NCBI RefSeq assembly: GCF_014251775.1
Contig: NZ_CP059199.1
Location: 60,001 to 92,000, forward strand
Direction: 5' to 3'
Length of the DNA stretch: 32,000 nt
Source of the DNA: Candidatus Saccharimonadota bacterium
GTDB taxonomy: Bacteria > Bacteroidota > Bacteroidia > Flavobacteriales > Blattabacteriaceae
The position numbers were made by a program, and so were the translations under genes. Below, piece by piece: positions 28,530 to 32,000 of this stretch (positions are counted from its first letter, which is position 1; every line of letters begins with the position of its first letter). The notes beneath the pieces were generated by a model. It saw only the letters and a list, made by a program, of their open reading frames with translations. It had not been told where the DNA came from and ran no database searches.

Positions 28530-29246
28530 TTAAATTAAAAAATATTTTATTTTTTTTTGAAAAAAAAAATTTCCTATTAAATAACCGGATAATATTCCAC
28601 CAATATGTGCAAAATGTGCAATACCTGGTGATAAATTAAATATAGATGATAATAAACTTATTATAATGAAAATTATAATCGCTTTTTTTATTCTAATTGG
28701 TAAAGGGAACGGTAATATAAAAATCTTCTGTTCTGGATAAAATATAGCAAAAGCTCCTAAAATTCCACTTACAGCTCCAGATGCCCCCATCATAGGAGAA
28801 TAAATATAACTATATATAGTGAATCTTTTATATTCGGATAATAAAATTAATGAATAATTAATTTTTTCAAAACTAAAATTTTTAATAAAATAAAATATTA
28901 ATCCAGTATTAAATATAATTTGTACAAATGCAGATAAAATTCCAGATACTATATATAACATAATTAATTTTCTAGATCCTAATAGATTTTCCATTTTTCT
29001 CCCAAACATTAATAATCCCAACATATTAAGAATTATGTGTAATAATATATTTTTAGAATGTATAAACATATGAGTAAATACTTGAAATATTTTAAATCTT
29101 TCATCTAGTGGATTGTATAAAGAAAACGTATCTTCTATTTTAGATGGATATAAAATCAATATAGATAAATAAATCAATACATTTATACTGATTAAATATT
29201 TTACAGTATATAAATTAAAATTAAATTTAATATAATAAAAATTCAC
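28530..29246 (-). CDS. Rhomboid family intramembrane serine protease
   Basis: 238-aa multi-TM ORF with catalytic GASGAVSGILGA and the His helix AHIGGILSGYLIG, plus an upstream HMFIHS...H segment. It has a GTG start that overlaps the mutL stop by 1 nt. Confidence 0.85.
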   Translation of the reverse strand: MNFYYIKFNFNLYTVKYLISINVLIYLSILILYPSKIEDTFSLYNPLDERFKIFQVFTHMFIHSKNILLHIILNMLGLLMFGRKMENLLGSRKLIMLYIVSGILSAFVQIIFNTGLIFYFIKNFSFEKINYSLILLSEYKRFTIYSYIYSPMMGASGAVSGILGAFAIFYPEQKIFILPFPLPIRIKKAIIIFIIISLLSSIFNLSPGIAHFAHIGGILSGYLIGNFFFQKKIKYFLI

Positions 29247-30964
29247 TATTCAAAAATTTTTTCAAAAAAATCTTTATTAATAATAAATAAAATTTGACTT
29301 CCTGATGTATAAGTATAATTTGGATTTTCACAAAAAAAAAGTTCTTTTACTAAACTATTCATTTTTTTTTTGCATAGTTTAACTCCATATTTGATAGAAG
29401 AAAATTGAAATATAGAATTAATAAAAATTTTTTCTTTATTATTATTTTCATTATACTTACAAAAAATATTTTTAACAACTTTAATTGAAATGTATTTTGT
29501 TAATTTTTTAGGAAAAGAATATAAATATATCTTTTGATTACAATCATATAAATAAAATCCCATACTTTTTAAGTATTTTATTATATCGTAAATAATAATT
29601 TTTTCTTTTTTTTGTAGAAATTTTATTTCTATTGGATAGCTAATTTTAGCTGTTTCGATTTTTCTTTTAAAAAAAGATTCAAATAAAATATTTTTATATG
29701 CTCTATATTGATCTATTAATAAACAATTATCATTGTTAATAACAATTATATATTTATTGTTAATTTGAAAAATATTTTTGAAATTTTTTTTTTGATAAAA
29801 ATTTAAAATATCATTTTCTCTATTAGATTTATTTATTGCATTTTTCAATAAATTTTCTAATTGATTTATTTCATCTTTTGACGATTTTTTTTTAATTAAA
29901 AAATTGTAATCTTTATTCTTTTCTGATACAGATAAATATTCAATATTTTTATTATATAGTTCTTCTTTTGTTACAAAATACTGATCTAATAATAGGGTTT
30001 TTATGTTTTTGTGAATTATATTTCCTATATTATTTTCTTCTTCTATTTGAACTTCTTTTTTAGCAGGATGAATATTCCAGTTAACTAATTTAGGATCAAT
30101 TTCAATAAAAACAAAATAAGAAATAGTATGAAAATTTTTAAAAAATCTATTATATGCAGAAACAATTTTTTTATGCAAAAAATAATTTTTTATACTTCTT
30201 TTGTTTACAATTATTAATTGTATTCCTTTTTTATATGAAAATCTATTAGGAATATTAAAAATTACATTTATAAAAAATTTATCTTTTTTAATAAAAATAG
30301 ATTTAAAATTATTTTTTTTAAAATTGAATATTTTAGTTATTCTTTCTTTTAATGAAATATTTTTATCAATAAAAAAATAGATTTTATCATTATGATAAAA
30401 TCTATATTTAATATTTCTATGTGATAATATAATTTTATAAAATTCATTTACAATATTTCGAAATTCTATTTGAGAAGATCTAAGGTAAGCTCTTCTTGCG
30501 GGAAATCCATGAAATATATTTTTTACGGAGACTCTAGTCCCTTTCATCATATATAATGGAATTTCTTTATTTATTTTTCCATTTTCTATAAACAAATGAA
30601 TTCCTAATGCACTATTTTTATCTTTAGTTTGTATTTCTAATTGAGAAATTAAAGATATTGCGGCTAAAGCTTCACCTCTGAATCCTTTTGTACTAATATT
30701 ATAAATATCTTCAATATTTTTTATTTTTGACGTTGCATATTTTTTTATGCTAATTTTAGCATCATTAATATTCATTCCATCACCGTCATCTACTAATTGA
30801 ATCAGTGTTTTTCCTGAATCTTTTATGAAAATATCAATATTTTTTGCATTCGCATCTATTGAATTCTCTAACAGTTCTCTTAAAACTGAAGAAGGTCTTT
30901 CTATTACTTCTCCTGCAGCTATTTGGTTGACTATATATTTAGATAAAATTTTTATTTTATTCAT
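29246..30964 (-). CDS. mutL: DNA mismatch repair protein MutL (N-terminal ATPase intact; C-terminal endonuclease motifs apparently degenerate)
   Basis: 572-aa ORF with GHKL ATPase motifs IAAGEVIERPSSVLRELLENSIDA, DDGDGM and GFRGEAL. In the C-terminal domain, DQYRAYKNILFE sits where DQHAxxExxxxE is expected. Confidence 0.9.
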   Translation of the reverse strand: MNKIKILSKYIVNQIAAGEVIERPSSVLRELLENSIDANAKNIDIFIKDSGKTLIQLVDDGDGMNINDAKISIKKYATSKIKNIEDIYNISTKGFRGEALAAISLISQLEIQTKDKNSALGIHLFIENGKINKEIPLYMMKGTRVSVKNIFHGFPARRAYLRSSQIEFRNIVNEFYKIILSHRNIKYRFYHNDKIYFFIDKNISLKERITKIFNFKKNNFKSIFIKKDKFFINVIFNIPNRFSYKKGIQLIIVNKRSIKNYFLHKKIVSAYNRFFKNFHTISYFVFIEIDPKLVNWNIHPAKKEVQIEEENNIGNIIHKNIKTLLLDQYFVTKEELYNKNIEYLSVSEKNKDYNFLIKKKSSKDEINQLENLLKNAINKSNRENDILNFYQKKNFKNIFQINNKYIIVINNDNCLLIDQYRAYKNILFESFFKRKIETAKISYPIEIKFLQKKEKIIIYDIIKYLKSMGFYLYDCNQKIYLYSFPKKLTKYISIKVVKNIFCKYNENNNKEKIFINSIFQFSSIKYGVKLCKKKMNSLVKELFFCENPNYTYTSGSQILFIINKDFFEKIFE

Positions 30965-31458
30965 TATTCTATGATAGATCTTTTAAAAAAAGACATATAT
31001 ATAGCAGTCTTTGCGCATTCTATCCCCTTATTTCCATTTTTTCCTCCTGAACGATCAATAGACTGTTGTTTATTTTTATCCATTAATACACAAAATATAA
31101 TCGGAATACTATATTTTATATTAACATCTTTTATTCCTTGTGATATAGATTGACATAAATACTTAAAATGATAAGTATCTCCTTTAATTAAAGACCCTAT
31201 TGTAATAATAGAATCAAAATCATAAGAATTAGCTATTTCTTTAGATGAAAAAATCAATTCATAACTTCCAGGAACTTTCCAAGTTTTTATGCTTTTTTCC
31301 GAAATTCCAAATTTAATTAAAGTTTTATATGAACCATCATATAATCTATCAGTAATAAATCTATTCCATAGAGATACAATAATTGCTATTTTAAAATTAG
31401 CATTTTTTATTTTTTCTTTATCTAATTCTAACGAATAAGATACGTTTTTATATTTCAT
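30964..31458 (-). CDS. ribH: 6,7-dimethyl-8-ribityllumazine synthase
   Basis: 164-aa ORF with FKIAIIVSLWNRFITDRLYDG, VPGSYELIF and a C-terminal GNKGIECAKTAI segment typical of RibH. Its stop overlaps the mutL start (TAATG). Confidence 0.9.
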   Translation of the reverse strand: MKYKNVSYSLELDKEKIKNANFKIAIIVSLWNRFITDRLYDGSYKTLIKFGISEKSIKTWKVPGSYELIFSSKEIANSYDFDSIITIGSLIKGDTYHFKYLCQSISQGIKDVNIKYSIPIIFCVLMDKNKQQSIDRSGGKNGNKGIECAKTAIYMSFFKRSIIE

Positions 31459-32000
31459 TTCGTAACTTATTTTCAGTAAATGTAATATATTTTTCTACAT
31501 TATCTTTATATAAAAAAAAAGGATATTTATTTTCTATTTTTTCTAAAAAAAATTTAGATTCTTTATATTTATTTAATGATAAATATATTATAGCTATTTT
31601 GTAATAATAAAGTGGTGTAGTAATATTGCTATAAGCAGAAGCTTTAATATAATTTTCTAATGATTTTTCTTTATTATTCATTTGTGAATAAGCATCTCCT
31701 ATTATTCCATATTTTATAGAAGATAAAATATCTTCTTTTGAATTAAATTTATCTAAAATGTTTATACAATTTTCATAATCTTCTAATTTATAATAACAAA
31801 TTCCTGCATAAAATTTAGATATGTTACCAGAACTAGTAAAAGGATACTTATAGTATATTCCTAAAAAACCTAAGTTATTCGATTCTATTTTATCCTTGTT
31901 TAAGGCCTTATTAAACATACCCTGGTATAAATATTCTTCTGCAAGATTTAATTCTTCAATTGATTTTTTTGATAAGTCTATGAAAAATTTTTTAGAAAAA
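31448..32000 (-). CDS. Tetratricopeptide-repeat (TPR) protein, 5' end truncated by the window edge
   Basis: The reading frame stays open from 31918 to the window end; my translation of 31919..31999 is FSKKFFIDLSKKSIEELNLAEEYLYQG with no stop. It has TPR-like repeats (AGICYYKLEDYENCINILDKF, GDAYSQMNNKEKSLENYIKA, AIIYLSLNKYKESKFFLEKI). Its 3' end overlaps the ribH start by 11 nt. Confidence 0.6.
   Translation of the reverse strand, partial: FSKKFFIDLSKKSIEELNLAEEYLYQGMFNKALNKDKIESNNLGFLGIYYKYPFTSSGNISKFYAGICYYKLEDYENCINILDKFNSKEDILSSIKYGIIGDAYSQMNNKEKSLENYIKASAYSNITTPLYYYKIAIIYLSLNKYKESKFFLEKIENKYPFFLYKDNVEKYITFTENKLRNEI

Noticed and set aside
284-31153. Short overlapping ORFs in the six-frame track (284..499, 2690..2899, 6158..6343, 6663..6959, 10606..10809, 11842..12072, 19844..20068, 20341..20535, 20665..20931, 21847..22029, 30971..31153)
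   Set aside because: Each lies wholly or almost wholly inside, or antisense to, a much longer ORF with clear conserved family motifs. They have no motifs of their own and are the size expected for chance shadow ORFs.
1-32000. Possibility of an alternative genetic code (UGA read as Trp), as in some tiny endosymbiont genomes
   Set aside because: Trp positions in conserved motifs are encoded by TGG. TGA also terminates several well-delimited genes at the expected lengths (ilvD, ilvB, ilvN, mnmA, lepB). The standard bacterial code fits.
1-32000. Search for CRISPR arrays, IS elements or transposases, integrases, phage genes, toxin-antitoxin or defence-like clusters, and long direct repeats
   Set aside because: None were seen. 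Every ORF longer than 75 aa that is not a shadow ORF is assignable to a housekeeping or biosynthetic family. Spacers are too short to hide additional genes, and the only repeats are homopolymers and short AT-rich palindromes.

Overview
This window is extremely AT-rich and almost entirely coding. By my coordinate tally only about 970 nt (about 3%) lie outside called genes. I call 32 protein-coding genes and one tRNA. All are housekeeping or biosynthetic:
- the distal part of an alternative complex III operon (actCDEF)
- a TrkA/TrkH potassium uptake pair
- tsaB, nadE, folE, cysS and a cystathionine-family PLP enzyme
- the ATP synthase block atpBEFHAG, directly followed by trpS
- grpE-dnaJ and mnmA
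- a complete ilvD-ilvB-ilvN-ilvC-ilvA operon
- tRNA-Leu(GAG), dapB and lepB
- a minus-strand chain of TPR protein, ribH, mutL and a rhomboid protease

Several features fit a reduced genome of a Flavobacteriales (Bacteroidota) insect endosymbiont, Blattabacterium-like. These are the gene content (ACIII, a long N-terminally extended AtpB, large LepB), the standard genetic code with TGG for Trp, the lysine-rich proteins and the tiny intergenic spacers. That placement is inference and needs a database search.

I see no mobile elements, CRISPR array, defence genes, toxin-antitoxin pairs or orphan multi-gene cluster. I do not find evidence for a novel biological system here. What deserves a second look are signatures of reductive evolution:
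- an A12-tract frameshift separating the mnmA start codon from its otherwise intact body
- a DnaJ with only two of the four CxxCxGxG zinc-finger motifs
- a MutL with an intact ATPase domain but apparently decayed endonuclease motifs
- an 85-aa ACT-only acetolactate synthase small subunit
- very long in-frame homopolymers
- pervasive start/stop overlaps
- two small structured elements in the only sizeable intergenic regions
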